A DNA stretch of 64,000 bases from Flavobacteriales bacterium (GTDB lineage Bacteria > Bacteroidota > Bacteroidia > Palsa-965). Below, in pieces: positions 40,008 through 49,330 of this stretch. The DNA lies in assembly GCA_040377305.1 (NCBI GenBank), contig JBEIPA010000011.1:64001-128000 (forward strand). Reading direction: 5' to 3'. Made by a program: the position numbers and the translations under genes. The notes beneath the pieces are model-generated. The model searched no databases. It saw only the letters and a list, made by a program, of their open reading frames with translations, and was not told where the DNA came from. The first letter of the stretch is position 1; each line of letters opens with the position of its first letter.

Positions 40008-40080
40008 TGCAAAGCAGTTGCCAAACACGAAAAAGTGTTGTGTAATAATGCAAGTGGTCTTCTCTGCACATCAAGTGGAC
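40008..40080 (-). promoter_or_regulatory. sigma54-type promoter plus 21-bp-period CCACTTG boxes
   Basis: TGGCAACTGCTTTGCA at 40008-40023; CAAGTGG (plus strand) at 40051 and 40072. Confidence 0.65.
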
Positions 40081-40112
40081 AAAAAAATCCCGACGAGCAG
40101 CGCTGTCGGGAT
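40081..40112 (-). terminator. intrinsic terminator
   Basis: ATCCCGAC...GTCGGGAT stem plus 7-T run on the minus strand. Confidence 0.7.
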
Positions 40113-40212
40113 AGGGATGTGTAAACTTCAAAACCAAACCACTGGCATTGATTATGCGGTGTTCAACGTCACTGTCGATGAAGAGTGAACAGCCAAACGA
40201 ATGGACGCAGAA

Positions 40213-40410
40213 CTATTGAACCATGTCACAACCTTTGCTGTTGCGACGACTCATTTTCTTTTTCTTCTTGCCACCTTTTTTGTGCTTCTTTTTCTTCGTC
40301 ATCATTTCGTGACGATCACCTTTATTTACAGGTGTTGGTCCGTTACCGGCGTATGCAGGTGCTACAAATGAGAGCATCAATGCTGTTGAAAGGGCGATGA
40401 GGGTTTTCAT
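40213..40410 (-). CDS. tiny secreted Lys-rich peptide
   Basis: 65 aa; signal peptide ending AYA-G (cf. VYA-G in the 39975 gene); KKKKHKKGGKKKKK. Confidence 0.7.
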   Translation of the reverse strand: MKTLIALSTALMLSFVAPAYAGNGPTPVNKGDRHEMMTKKKKHKKGGKKKKKMSRRNSKGCDMVQ

Positions 40411-40437
40411 AGTATTTTAGATTTATACTATTACTAA

Positions 40438-40510
40438 CGCAAAAGCATTGCCATTTGTTTGTTAAGAAGGGAGTAGCTATACAGGTGGTGAATTTTGATC
40501 AGCAAGTGGT
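40438..40510 (-). promoter_or_regulatory. sigma54-type promoter plus 21-bp-period CCAC(T/C)TG boxes
   Basis: TGGCAATGCTTTTGCG at 40438-40453; CAGGTGG at 40482 and CAAGTGG at 40503. Confidence 0.65.
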
Positions 40511-40537
40511 CAAGCGCAATAAATTCGTCGACAAAAA

Positions 40538-40747
40538 CTAATTGAAATCTAAACGGGTGAAGTGTTTTTTTCCTTTACCTTTTGGATTGTCGGTATTCGG
40601 GTTGTGCGGATTGTGGCGGTTTTTGTACCAGCCTTTTTTCTTGCCGTTGCTGGTTCCGCTGGTTCTTTTCGCGTTAGGGGTAACAACAACGCATGCAGAA
40701 CTTACAAGCATGAAGCTTGCAACGATTATTGAGAGTAGTGTTTTCAT
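40538..40747 (-). CDS. tiny basic lipoprotein with GKKKGW..N..NPH.P motif
   Basis: Lipobox SSAC; NGKKKGWYKNRHNPHNP. Confidence 0.75.
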   Translation of the reverse strand: MKTLLSIIVASFMLVSSACVVVTPNAKRTSGTSNGKKKGWYKNRHNPHNPNTDNPKGKGKKHFTRLDFN

Positions 40748-40757
40748 ATACTTATTA

Positions 40758-40783
40758 AACGACTCTGCTCCACAGTCGTTACA
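40758..40783 (-). promoter_or_regulatory. ECF-type promoter
   Basis: TGTAAC-N16-CGTT, 10 nt before the ATG at 40747; same geometry as 36272-36297. Confidence 0.5.
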
Positions 40784-40803
40784 GACTTAGGTCGGGAAGA
40801 CAC

Positions 40804-41013
40804 TTAGTGTCGACGGTTGGTAACAAGCTGCATACTGTTGGTAATCGGCGAGTTTCTGATTGTTCCGCTTTCTGGATCACAGCGAATATTATGAGTTGCA
40901 GGACTCATTCCAGCACTGTCCGATTTCTTATACACCTTTGTTGGCATCTGCATGCATCCGTGCATTCCAAAAAGCATCGCAATAGTGCTGAACATTACAA
41001 CGAATGTTTTCAT
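40804..41013 (-). CDS. tiny putative lipoprotein
   Basis: MKTFVVMFSTIAMLFGMHGC; start moved to 41013. Confidence 0.5.
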   Translation of the reverse strand: MKTFVVMFSTIAMLFGMHGCMQMPTKVYKKSDSAGMSPATHNIRCDPESGTIRNSPITNSMQLVTNRRH

Positions 41014-41164
41014 GACACGTGTTTTGTATTTTATACGGATGTGATCAACCGTATTCAAAACAATTCTATACTTCACTCATAATCGTCGATAGTTCCGTGC
41101 GCTAAACTCACTGTCTCGATTTCCTGCAACCGCTTCTCCGTTTTCTTCGCGCCTCCGCGGTAAT

Positions 41165-41198
41165 AAAAAAAGGGACCGCATCCTGAATGCGATCCCTT
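41165..41198 (-). terminator. intrinsic terminator
   Basis: AAGGGA.CGCAT...ATGCG.TCCCTT stem plus T run. Confidence 0.7.
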
Positions 41199-41239
41199 GA
41201 ATCAAAACCACGCGTTTGCCGCGCATGGACTATCTAACC

Positions 41240-44200
41240 CTATCTTGAAATCGTTAGCTTCTGTGTAATTACACTTGAACCATTCTTCACGTTCACGAGG
41301 TACATACCATTTGCAAGTGATGATGTTTCAAATACCGTAGTAGTTCCGTTCGGCACAATTGTCTTCACTACACGTCCACTCATGTCGCAGATTTCAATCA
41401 CTTGTGTTGCGGAAGATGTTTGCACGGTAACTTTATCGTTCGCAGGGTTCGGGTACATCGAGAATGAAAGTACCGGCTCATGCTCATTGTATCCTGGCAT
41501 TACACTTGGATCGATCACCACAGAATCATTCACCGGAGTCATTGCGATATAGGTTTGACGGGCCGTTATTGCGGTGATATCTGAGAGATCAAAGTTGCAG
41601 GTTTCAATTCCGGAAAGATTGTCTGTGGTTACGATGAAAAACGTTGCAATCACACCGCTTCCGTTAATCGTATTGATGTGGTTGTTCTTCACCTCAGCGA
41701 AATCAATCACCGCATTCGAGAGGAAATGTTTCTGGAAAGTGAACATGTCTGTTCCTGTATTTCCAAGCCACGAGTTGTTTGCGTTGATCACCGTAAGGTT
41801 TGTATCGATCAGGAATGCTTCTGATGTAATGCGGAACGAAATTCCATACAAACTATCGATTGGAGTTAATGCAGTTCCAAGTACTACATCAATTTGAACG
41901 AGTGTTTGCAATCCAACCGTGTCAGGAGTACAAACGAGCGTGAGTGATGATGCAGCTGCAGTTTCTTCTGGTGACCCCAAACGGAAAGGATGCGTGAGTG
42001 AGTAGTTCAACGAGATTGGTAGTGTATCGGCAACATCAATTGTTCCGTTGCCATCAGCATCACCATGCTTGTAATTGCAGTTCACATAATTCTGCGACCA
42101 ATCGACCATGGGTTGTGCGTACCACGCGTTCGACGCGCCCGGACGTACTGCATCCGTTGCTCCATAACCTAAACCGATGTGTAATGCATCTGCCATGTTT
42201 ACAACAAGATCGTAGTTGCAATCGCCCGGCCATACATTCGCAACATACACGTTACACGAATCAACTACTGTGAATACGCTTGTGAGTGCACCGCATCCAG
42301 GGAACAGTCCAATTCCGCTGTATGTGCCCGGTTGAGTAACCGTAAGCTGTTGCGTAGGAATATTCAGGAACGTTGTGTTGCCCGTAGTGTCCGTGAAGAA
42401 TTGCCAGCTATAACCCGATCCACCCGGACCGAAGTCAAGTGTTGCGGGACTACCATTGCAGATGAATGTGGTGTCTTGCACATGGAAGTAGTATGCGCTT
42501 ACAACTACAGTGTCCTGAGCAACGCAACCGCCCTGCAGGTCAGTCATGGTTACAATATATTGCTGATTGTGCACCCCGGAAACTACGATCGGACTCTGAA
42601 TGTTTGGATTGTTTAACCCAGTTGCAGGCGACCACTGATATGAATACAATCCCGGAATCTGTGGTTGCGCAAATAGCTGGCCCATCTGCTGACAGAATGT
42701 TGTATCAGGTCCGGCAAATACGCCACACGTGTCGCAGTTGGCAACAACATTAAAAACACTGGTCAATGTTCCACATCCAGGGAAGGTTGCGAAACCAACA
42801 TATGTTCCCGGCTGAGATACTGAGATGGACTGCACCGCCTGATTGAGGAATGTAGTGTTGCCAAGTGTATCCGTAAACGTCTGGAACATATAACTAGTTC
42901 CTCCCGGACCGAGGTTCAACACAACGCTGGTGCACACATTAAATGTATCTGACATCGTATAAAAGTAATATGCGCTAACTACTACAGTGTCGGTTGACGA
43001 GCAGCCGTTGTTCAGGTCAGTCAGAGTAACAATGTATTGCTGATTGGAAACACCTGTGACCACATTCGGTGTTGGTGAATACGGATTATCAAGTCCGGTA
43101 GATGGCGACCACTGGTAAGAATAGTTTCCCGGAGCTCCCGGTGTTGCCTGTAGTTGTCCTTGTTGCTGACAGAAAACAGTATCTGGTCCAGCATATACAG
43201 AACAAGACGACTGAACACAGTTTGTATCCCATTGTACAGCGAATACGTAGTTGTACTGGTTACCACACGCGTACGCAGCACCGAAGTACACACCGATTGT
43301 ATCAACGAACATGACTTGCGATGAGTCCATCTGCATCTGCCAGTAATATCCGTCTTCGGCACCAGCACCCAAATCAAGACCAACACTATCGCCGGGACAC
43401 AGCGAAACTAACCATGTTGGTTGACTCAATGGAACGTACGTTGTTGAATCAGTAATGAGAACCACCATATCAGTAAGCATACCACAGCCCGTGATCGGAT
43501 CACTCATGGTGATGATGATCTGTAAAGTGTCAAACGCGATGCTATCATTTACGTAATAGTATTGACCATAGGACATTGCTGTGTCCAGTACCCACGCTGG
43601 TGTAACATTGAACACATAAGGATTCAACGCAGACGCAGACGCAGTGAAGACTGCCAGAGAATTGGCACATGCTTCTATCGTGTCTGGCATTGAAACTGTA
43701 TTCTGAACAATCATCGTCGGACAACCGGAACCGGCGTTCGTCGTTTTCCACGTCCCACTAAAATCTAGTGTAACAAATCCTGTATCGTTGCTGATGAAAT
43801 CACAATCGCGCACCATATAGCCCGGAGGAATATGATTCAAACCAATCCAGGATGCTCCACCATCTATAGTACGGAATACATTTCCACCAACACCCGTCAT
43901 GTAGCCTGTGTCCGCTGACGGAAAATCAATGGAGAGGAATTGATATGTACCGTAAACTGTAATAGGATTCCAATTTGTTCCACCATTTGTGGTGCGCATT
44001 AAACCATAAGTTCCTGTTGCACATCCGTTCATCGGATCTGTAAATGCGATATCCTGAAATTCGTAGAAGATGCTCGAGAACTGCTGAGTCCACGTTGTTG
44101 CATTGCTAGTCTTGATAATGATTCCGTCATCACCGCCAACCCAACCTGTTGTTGCATTCGCAAATTCAATGGAATAGAGATCAAGTGTTGTTGTTGATGA

Positions 44201-44683
44201 AAGCGTAGTCCAACTCGTTCCTCCGTTAATTGTTTTGCGGATAACTCCACCACCTCCAACTACAAATCCGTCGGTCGAAGAAGTGAACCAAACAGCATTC
44301 AATGGTTCGTTCGATGAGACATTTTGCATCGCAGTCCACGTGGAGCCACCGTTAGAGGTTTTCTTGAACCAACCTGCGTAGTTACCGAAACCAAGATTTT
44401 CACTGTACACCGCAAATCCCTCGTTCGCATTCAACCAGAACATTCCTGATTGATTGAATGAACCGCTTACCGAATCGATCGTGGTCCATGTTATACCGCC
44501 GTCGGTAGATTTCTGCATCGTGTAAACACTTTGCAGGAAACCAACTGAGCTCGACACAAACTTTATGGATTGACCACCATTGTTTGGTGCGATGTTGTTC
44601 CATTGCGCAGATGCAGGTAGCATTAATAAAATCGCGGCTACGGTTGCAATCAGTTTTGTAGGGGAGAAAACAAGTTTACTCAT
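41240..44683 (-). CDS. T9SS-secreted protein: YCF48/BNR beta-propeller, duplicated Ig-like block, dockerin-like, cohesin-like, CTD
   Basis: KTTxGG.xW BNR repeats; WPGDCNYD..VN..D and GDADGNGTID..D Ca-loop pair; MYPNP...GMY...KLTISR. Confidence 0.85.
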   Translation of the reverse strand: MSKLVFSPTKLIATVAAILLMLPASAQWNNIAPNNGGQSIKFVSSSVGFLQSVYTMQKSTDGGITWTTIDSVSGSFNQSGMFWLNANEGFAVYSENLGFGNYAGWFKKTSNGGSTWTAMQNVSSNEPLNAVWFTSSTDGFVVGGGGVIRKTINGGTSWTTLSSTTTLDLYSIEFANATTGWVGGDDGIIIKTSNATTWTQQFSSIFYEFQDIAFTDPMNGCATGTYGLMRTTNGGTNWNPITVYGTYQFLSIDFPSADTGYMTGVGGNVFRTIDGGASWIGLNHIPPGYMVRDCDFISNDTGFVTLDFSGTWKTTNAGSGCPTMIVQNTVSMPDTIEACANSLAVFTASASALNPYVFNVTPAWVLDTAMSYGQYYYVNDSIAFDTLQIIITMSDPITGCGMLTDMVVLITDSTTYVPLSQPTWLVSLCPGDSVGLDLGAGAEDGYYWQMQMDSSQVMFVDTIGVYFGAAYACGNQYNYVFAVQWDTNCVQSSCSVYAGPDTVFCQQQGQLQATPGAPGNYSYQWSPSTGLDNPYSPTPNVVTGVSNQQYIVTLTDLNNGCSSTDTVVVSAYYFYTMSDTFNVCTSVVLNLGPGGTSYMFQTFTDTLGNTTFLNQAVQSISVSQPGTYVGFATFPGCGTLTSVFNVVANCDTCGVFAGPDTTFCQQMGQLFAQPQIPGLYSYQWSPATGLNNPNIQSPIVVSGVHNQQYIVTMTDLQGGCVAQDTVVVSAYYFHVQDTTFICNGSPATLDFGPGGSGYSWQFFTDTTGNTTFLNIPTQQLTVTQPGTYSGIGLFPGCGALTSVFTVVDSCNVYVANVWPGDCNYDLVVNMADALHIGLGYGATDAVRPGASNAWYAQPMVDWSQNYVNCNYKHGDADGNGTIDVADTLPISLNYSLTHPFRLGSPEETAAASSLTLVCTPDTVGLQTLVQIDVVLGTALTPIDSLYGISFRITSEAFLIDTNLTVINANNSWLGNTGTDMFTFQKHFLSNAVIDFAEVKNNHINTINGSGVIATFFIVTTDNLSGIETCNFDLSDITAITARQTYIAMTPVNDSVVIDPSVMPGYNEHEPVLSFSMYPNPANDKVTVQTSSATQVIEICDMSGRVVKTIVPNGTTTVFETSSLANGMYLVNVKNGSSVITQKLTISR

Positions 44684-44852
44684 GACTTTGATTTTTTATC
44701 GTTTCGGACGGGTATCGATTGGATACTTGATCACATTACAAACGTAGACCGAAAGCAGCGCCCTTAAAAATACAAAAATTAGTATTTGTCGGATATATAT
44801 AATTACAAATAACGCTCAAATAGCTTATAATTGCTGTATTAAAGCTGATATT

Positions 44853-46280
44853 TTGTCGGAAATACATAAAAACAAGGTTTTGGGCATAATCAGTGGTTTG
44901 TCGGCCGCTGAACTCCCTCTTTTTCGTTCCTGGATCAGTAATGGAGCCACGAACGACAAACTGCTTTTGTCATTGTTCGACTATTGCTGCGAAGTTGTGC
45001 GCAATCCCAAACCGGATACTATATATAAGAAGAATGACGCGTGGAGTGCTTGCTTCGGAAAGTTGAAGTTTGACGACAGTCGTTTTCGTTACCTCAATTC
45101 GGATCTCGTGATGCGTTTGGAAGAATTCATCTTGTGGCGAGGTAATGTAAAGGATGAACTGCGCAGGGAAGAAGTCTTACTGCACGAGTACGGCAAGCGC
45201 GGCAGCATGAAAGCGTGGCATGCGCACTTCGGACAATTCGATGCATTCATCAAAACGGAGAAAGTGCAGGATGCCGATTATTTCTCGCACGCATGGGAAA
45301 TGGAGTTTACACATCTCTCGATGATGTCGGCGGGAAAAGTAGATCCGGAAGCAGCAGCAATTACGCGGGCAGCGGGATATCTCGATCGATTCTACTTAAT
45401 ACGCAAGCTGCAATTGTGTTGCGAAATATTCAACGTGCAAAATGTATTCGCGCAGGAGCATCAGGTTTTTTTGCTGGATGAAATTCTCATTCACATGAAG
45501 AATCGCAGTTACGATGATGTGCCGGTGATTGTGATTTATTACCGCATTCTCATGACGCTGCGCGAGAGTGAGAAAGAAGAACATTATCACACCTTGAGGA
45601 AATTATTACGTGAGCATGCAAATGTTGTAACAACCGAAGAGCTGCGCGACATGTACAAGTACGTGCTCAATTACTGCATCAAGAAAATCAATCTCGGAAA
45701 TATCGATTGGCAAGGTGAGTTGTTTGACATTTACAAAACTACTCTGGAGAACCGTGTTTTGTTAACGGAAGGATTTCTCTCTCACCGCGATTTCAAAAAC
45801 ATTGTCACCATCAGCCTGCGATTACGTGAACTAAAATGGGCAGAAGAATTTATTCCGAAATACGTTCCGGAGTTGCAAGCGAGGGAAAGAGAAAACGCGA
45901 GAATGTACAACACCGCCAATCTTCTTTTTCACAGGAATGATTTCTCCGGGGCTTTACGTCTGCTGCAGCAGGTCGACTTCTCGGATATTTTCTACGATCT
46001 GGATGCACGTTCTATTGTCCTCAAAACTTACTTCGAGCTCGATGAAGAAGAATCATTCGAGTATCATGCAACGGCGTTCCGGAAATTTCTCAAGCGAAAC
46101 AAAAGTGTATCGGAATACCAGCGCAGCATTTATGAGAACCTGATTTTCTACACTTCCCGACTTATGAAAGCCGGAGCCCGGGAGAAACAGATCGAACAAC
46201 TGCGAACAGAAGTCATGGACAAAAAGAATATCGCCGATTTACGCTGGTTGCTCGCGAAAATTGAAGAGAGACTTTCTTAG
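44853..46280 (+). CDS. cytoplasmic all-helical (TPR-like) hypothetical protein, possible regulator
   Basis: 475 aa, no signal peptide or TM, helical pattern; divergent from the T9SS gene; TTG start uncertain. Confidence 0.7.
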   Translation: MSEIHKNKVLGIISGLSAAELPLFRSWISNGATNDKLLLSLFDYCCEVVRNPKPDTIYKKNDAWSACFGKLKFDDSRFRYLNSDLVMRLEEFILWRGNVKDELRREEVLLHEYGKRGSMKAWHAHFGQFDAFIKTEKVQDADYFSHAWEMEFTHLSMMSAGKVDPEAAAITRAAGYLDRFYLIRKLQLCCEIFNVQNVFAQEHQVFLLDEILIHMKNRSYDDVPVIVIYYRILMTLRESEKEEHYHTLRKLLREHANVVTTEELRDMYKYVLNYCIKKINLGNIDWQGELFDIYKTTLENRVLLTEGFLSHRDFKNIVTISLRLRELKWAEEFIPKYVPELQARERENARMYNTANLLFHRNDFSGALRLLQQVDFSDIFYDLDARSIVLKTYFELDEEESFEYHATAFRKFLKRNKSVSEYQRSIYENLIFYTSRLMKAGAREKQIEQLRTEVMDKKNIADLRWLLAKIEERLS

Positions 46281-47818
46281 AATCCGTTTCTGATCAAGGG
46301 TTCATCCAGTACGATTACATCAATACCCGGTACAACAGGAATTTCTGCTGGATTGTCCCTGAAAATTGCGACAGGACGATTCTGGATCCGACAATTTTCG
46401 AGCTGATCCGCAGAAGGCAGTCCATCGTAAGCCGTAAAACCCGTGTAATACATGCACGGAACAGCATTCCATTCCCCGCAATTGAAAATTACCGTGTTTG
46501 CGGGAAGTGTTAGCCCTGCACGTTCAAAGCATTCGCGGTTATTGATTCTCGTCTTGCGATAAAATTCTTTAGGATCGCGATCGGTGTGATAATGTTCCAG
46601 TCGACCGATATTCGTAGTGAAGAATATTATTACAACGCCAACGACCGACAGCCACAACATTTTTCTTTGTGCTTGCTCTATTACGCGTTCAATTCCAAAT
46701 GCGACGATGAGCAGTAACAATGGTGTAACCGGAAAACAGAAGAAGGGCATCTTCGTTGGAACAAAACAGTAGAATCCATACACAGCCACAAGTGCAACTA
46801 AAATTCCTGCTTTGATTTGCCCATTCGATTTTCCATGGAGATAAATGAAAAGGGAGATCACGAACGCGACAATAAATACCCAGCCAAACTGTTCACGTAC
46901 CTGATCAAAGTGATACCACCAGGAACCGGAATGGGCAAAGTCGGAACTGAGATGTTCGGCGTAGTTGCCCATTGTCGCACTCCATTGTTCCGGCCACGTT
47001 TGTGATGCATAAACAAACCACGGCGCAGCGAGTAACGTGGTTATTCCAACCGCAAGGAATAACTTCAGCCATCCGTTTTTCGAGAGGCGATTATCAAAGA
47101 ACAGAAACTGCACGGTGAAGGCAACTCCGAATACCAGCATGCCGGGTAGCCATTTGGTGAGCACTGCCCCCGCAGCAAAACACGACATCAGTACTAACCA
47201 CCGTGTTTTTTTCGTGTGAACGTATTCCATCCATGTCCAGAGACTGAAGAAAACATAATAAGCAAACACGGCATCGTTGTGATCTGTATTGAGCCAGCCG
47301 GAAACAATATTGATCTGGATATTAGAGCACGTGATCAGCAATGCGGCAATAAATCCCACGCGTTCGTTTCCGATAATTTTCCCGCAACGATAAATTGCGG
47401 GAATCATCAATACGGAAAGCACTACGCTTGGAATGCGAATAGCCCACGTTGTCGCTCCAAACATTTTTATTGCAAGCGCCATTTGCCACAGAAATAGTGG
47501 CGGCTTATGCAACCAGGTATCCGTGAATGCCCAATACGCCGGAGACATGTTGCTGTCTGCGCTATTCGCTACTAAAACCGGGTGGAAGAAATCGCTGGTA
47601 AGATTTTTTGCAACGAGGGCGTGATATTGCTCATCCCAAATGTTGACGAAGGGATCAATGAAGGCCATCATTAAACGAAACGCTAAGCCGGAAACAAGCA
47701 AAAGAAGAAGTGAAGCCCGAACGTTACCGCGGCTGAAAAGGACCACGGCCATTAACGCAAAAACAATACCGGAGGCAAGAAATGCCAGATCGCGATCCGT
47801 AAAGTGAGTATCAATCAT
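46277..47818 (-). CDS. ArnT/PMT-family (GT-C) glycosyltransferase
   Basis: WDEQYH..VA.N, HKPPLFLW, AIRIPS, LTKW.PG, multiple TM. Confidence 0.9.
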   Translation of the reverse strand: MIDTHFTDRDLAFLASGIVFALMAVVLFSRGNVRASLLLLLVSGLAFRLMMAFIDPFVNIWDEQYHALVAKNLTSDFFHPVLVANSADSNMSPAYWAFTDTWLHKPPLFLWQMALAIKMFGATTWAIRIPSVVLSVLMIPAIYRCGKIIGNERVGFIAALLITCSNIQINIVSGWLNTDHNDAVFAYYVFFSLWTWMEYVHTKKTRWLVLMSCFAAGAVLTKWLPGMLVFGVAFTVQFLFFDNRLSKNGWLKLFLAVGITTLLAAPWFVYASQTWPEQWSATMGNYAEHLSSDFAHSGSWWYHFDQVREQFGWVFIVAFVISLFIYLHGKSNGQIKAGILVALVAVYGFYCFVPTKMPFFCFPVTPLLLLIVAFGIERVIEQAQRKMLWLSVVGVVIIFFTTNIGRLEHYHTDRDPKEFYRKTRINNRECFERAGLTLPANTVIFNCGEWNAVPCMYYTGFTAYDGLPSADQLENCRIQNRPVAIFRDNPAEIPVVPGIDVIVLDEPLIRNGF

Positions 47819-47937
47819 CGGTGCGCTAAATATACACTTAAGGGTGTGCCGTTTTGTGTTAGAATTTAATGAATAAGTAAACGAAAATACTACCCGCTGT
47901 GCACTGGCAACTGCGCACTGAGTAGTAATTTTGCGCC

Positions 47938-49233
47938 ATGAATGTACTCCTTCTTGGTTCCGGTGGACGCGAACACGCTTTCTCCTGGAAAATGTCTCAA
48001 AGTCCGCTTTTATCGAAACTCTTCATTGCGCCCGGAAATGCAGGAACTTCCCTGCACGGAACAAACGTTGACATGAGTGCAACTGATTTTCCTAGAATCA
48101 AATCGTTTGTGCTGGAGAATAACATTGAGCTTGTCGTTGTGGGACCGGAAGATCCGCTGGTGAAAGGCGTTCACGATTTTTTTCTCGCAGATGACGCGCT
48201 GAAAAACATTCCGGTAATTGGTCCGCAAAAACAAGGGGCACAACTCGAAGGCAGCAAAGATTTCTCGAAACGATTTATGATGCGTCATGGTGTTCCGACT
48301 GCAGCTTATGAAACGTTCACGAAAGACACACTCGAAGCCGGATTGAAATTTCTCGAGACACTTTCTCCGCCGTATGTTCTGAAGGCAGACGGACTTGCAG
48401 CAGGAAAAGGCGTTGTGATTCCTACAACACTTGCTGATGCGAAAGCAGAATTAACTGCAATGCTCGCCGATGCAAAATTCGGTGAAGCAAGTAGCCGCGT
48501 GGTGATTGAAGAATTTCTGCAAGGAATTGAGCTTTCTGTTTTCGTTCTCACCGATGGAGTGTCGTATAAAATTCTTCCTGCAGCAAAAGATTACAAACGC
48601 ATCGGGGAAGGCGATACAGGATTGAACACCGGTGGAATGGGCGCGGTGTCTCCGGTTCCGTTTGCAGATGAAGCGTATCTCAAAAAAGTGGAAGAGCGCG
48701 TTGTAATTCCTACCATCGAAGGATTGAAGAAGGACAACATTCCGTATTGCGGATTCATCTTCATTGGCTTGATGAACGACAACGGCGATCCGAAAGTGAT
48801 CGAGTACAACGTTCGCATGGGCGATCCGGAAACAGAAGTTGTTCTTCCGAGAATCAAATCCGATTTGCTGGAGCTTTTTATCGCAGTAGGTAAGAAGCAG
48901 CTCTCATCTGTGAAAGTTGAAATCGATTCACGTACAGCAACAACAGTCATGATGGTTGCAGGCGGTTATCCCGGCGATTACGAAAAAGGAAAAATAATTT
49001 CCGGTCTCGATAAAGTTTCAACGGCAACTGTTTTTCACGCAGGAACGAAGAAATCAGGTGATAACGTTGTGAGCAATGGCGGACGTGTACTTGCATTCAC
49101 TGCGCTGGGCAATTCTATCCAGGAGGCGCTCGATGGATCATTTACAGCAGCGAAAACTGTTTCGTTTGAGGGATGTTATTACCGGAAAGATATCGGACAG
49201 GATTTGCTGAAGCTCATAGGCGAGAAAGTATAG
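47938..49233 (+). CDS. purD: phosphoribosylamine--glycine ligase
   Basis: GSGGREHA, LEGSKDF, KADGLAAGKGV, NTGGMGA, EYNVR.GDPE. Confidence 0.99.
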   Translation: MNVLLLGSGGREHAFSWKMSQSPLLSKLFIAPGNAGTSLHGTNVDMSATDFPRIKSFVLENNIELVVVGPEDPLVKGVHDFFLADDALKNIPVIGPQKQGAQLEGSKDFSKRFMMRHGVPTAAYETFTKDTLEAGLKFLETLSPPYVLKADGLAAGKGVVIPTTLADAKAELTAMLADAKFGEASSRVVIEEFLQGIELSVFVLTDGVSYKILPAAKDYKRIGEGDTGLNTGGMGAVSPVPFADEAYLKKVEERVVIPTIEGLKKDNIPYCGFIFIGLMNDNGDPKVIEYNVRMGDPETEVVLPRIKSDLLELFIAVGKKQLSSVKVEIDSRTATTVMMVAGGYPGDYEKGKIISGLDKVSTATVFHAGTKKSGDNVVSNGGRVLAFTALGNSIQEALDGSFTAAKTVSFEGCYYRKDIGQDLLKLIGEKV

Positions 49234-49238
49234 CGCTT

Positions 49239-49285
49239 CACTTGTTCGAAATCTGCTCCACTTGCTCGGAGCGGGAATACACTTG
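49239..49285 (+). promoter_or_regulatory. three CACTTG boxes with 20-21-bp period
   Basis: CACTTG at 49239, 49259 and 49280, upstream of the lipoprotein pair. Confidence 0.55.
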
Positions 49286-49330
49286 ACGGCCCTGATGTTT
49301 TTCATTCGGCTTAAGAAGTAATTTTAAATC

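Noticed and set aside
41240-44683. True cellulosome component
   Set aside because: No glycoside hydrolase domain or multi-cohesin scaffoldin in the window.
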